DNA of 64,000 bases from Rhina ancylostomus (taxonomy: Eukaryota). Every line of letters begins with the position of its first letter. Within the stretch, counting starts at the first letter, position 1. The stretch covers positions 33,846,146-33,910,145 of the forward strand of contig JARFYF010000051.1 in NCBI GenBank assembly GCA_030265395.1, read 5' to 3'. Made by a program: the position numbers and the translations under genes. The notes beneath the pieces were generated by a model. The model saw only the letters and a program-made list of their open reading frames with translations. It did not search any database and was not told where the DNA came from. Shown here one piece after another: positions 62,822 to 64,000 of this stretch.

Positions 62822-64000
62822 TTCCCTTATAGAAAGGTAAAGCAACCAGAACCAACCTCTTGAGTGCGTCCAGAACCAGAGACTGCGGATTAATGAGACC
62901 TTTCCTATTGATTTAACCGTTTTACAAAAGTGTAGCAGAGCCGAGTTGTCTTTTCCCGGTTTTCACATTAAAAAAAACCCTCTTATGCGTTCACCACTGC
63001 TTTGAAATATCACTGTCTTTGTTAACCAATACACAGAAGCAGGGACGGGATGGAAGAAACAAGAGAAAGGAAATAAAATCAAAACAAATGGAACAGCTAA
63101 TGAGGACAATTAAATTAATTATGTTCAAGGAGATGAGAATTTTTTTAAAAAAAAACTGTATGATCTGCTATCCCTGTCTTGCCGTGACTGCTCTGTAATT
63201 CATGGGAACTGATTAGTGCATCTATGCAAATCTTTGTTTAAATCATTCAACTAATTAAATGATAGGATTATTCTTCTGCCTACAGTGACATCATTTCCCA
63301 GTAATTAGTACTCTATTTAGACCGTGGCAATAGATTCCTAATAACGCTGGCGAGCTGAAGACTCTTAACCACTTTCTCAAGCTTCTGACAAACTGCCCAA
63401 ACCCCGATTATACATTGTTCTTTCACAATCTCGGAGAAGATTTGAATGAATAATATGCCATAACTACATTTGAAAAAGAAGAAAAAAAGAAATCAATAGT
63501 TAACATTCAGCTCCACGCCATTCATTTCTCCCTCTCCNNNNNNNNNNNNNNNNNNNNNNNNNNNNNNNNNNNNNNNNNNNNNNNNNNNNNNNNNNNNNNN
63601 NNNNNNNNNNNNNNNNNNNNNNNNNNNNNNNNNNNNNNNNNNNNNNNNNNNNNNNNNNNNNNNNNNNNNNNNNNNNNNNNNNNNNCCCAATCATGCAATT
63701 TTCAGGTTTTTTTTGTCAGTGAAAAGAGACAAAATAGCATTTCCCCCTCTTCATAATCATATGAATTATTCACAGAAATCATCACAAAACCACACAGTTG
63801 AAGAGGCCCATCACTTACTGCACTACACAGATGTGATCAGTGATTTACCAGCAATGAAGTACTAGTACACACAAAATGATTTGGTGAACAAGAGGTGGAA
63901 TTTAATCATCAGCTGATATTCTCTGGAAATAAAAAAATTCATACTCTCCACAAAACCCCCTCCCCTCCAGCATATCACTTTCAAGCAAAAAAAGATGCAC

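Larger units (their letters stand above)
59620..62950. promoter_or_regulatory. CpG-rich promoter / alternative first-exon region of LMO3
   Basis: CG dinucleotides are visibly frequent (GCGCGC, CCGCGG, CGGCG) compared with the CpG-depleted introns. No SINEs. Several GT donor consensus sites on the minus strand. Confidence 0.8.

Overview
Eukaryotic genomic DNA, most likely from a cartilaginous fish (shark or ray; inferred from the HE1/V-SINE, DeuSINE, CR1 and Penelope-like repeat content). The window is almost entirely one minus-strand gene, LMO3 (LIM domain only 3). Its three coding exons are 59621-59826, 15488-15613 and 6425-6530. All junctions are GT-AG and phase 2, and they join into a complete 438-nt, 145-aa ORF ([13 protein letters not shown]...EGYASQVR*). 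The introns are about 44 kb and about 9 kb. A CpG-rich 5' region (about 59.6-63 kb) holds several candidate alternative first exons, and the AT-rich 3' UTR has candidate poly(A) signals and miRNA/Pumilio sites. The introns are filled with SINEs, LINE 3' fragments, microsatellites and a family of Penelope-derived, often palindromic elements carrying minimal type I hammerhead ribozyme motifs. There are no prokaryotic-type systems such as CRISPR arrays or operons. Apart from LMO3 exon 1 and a few retroelement remnants, the ORF track is spurious or gap-derived. Exon coordinates were read base by base. Repeat boundaries are approximate, and repeat family names come from recognition, not database search.
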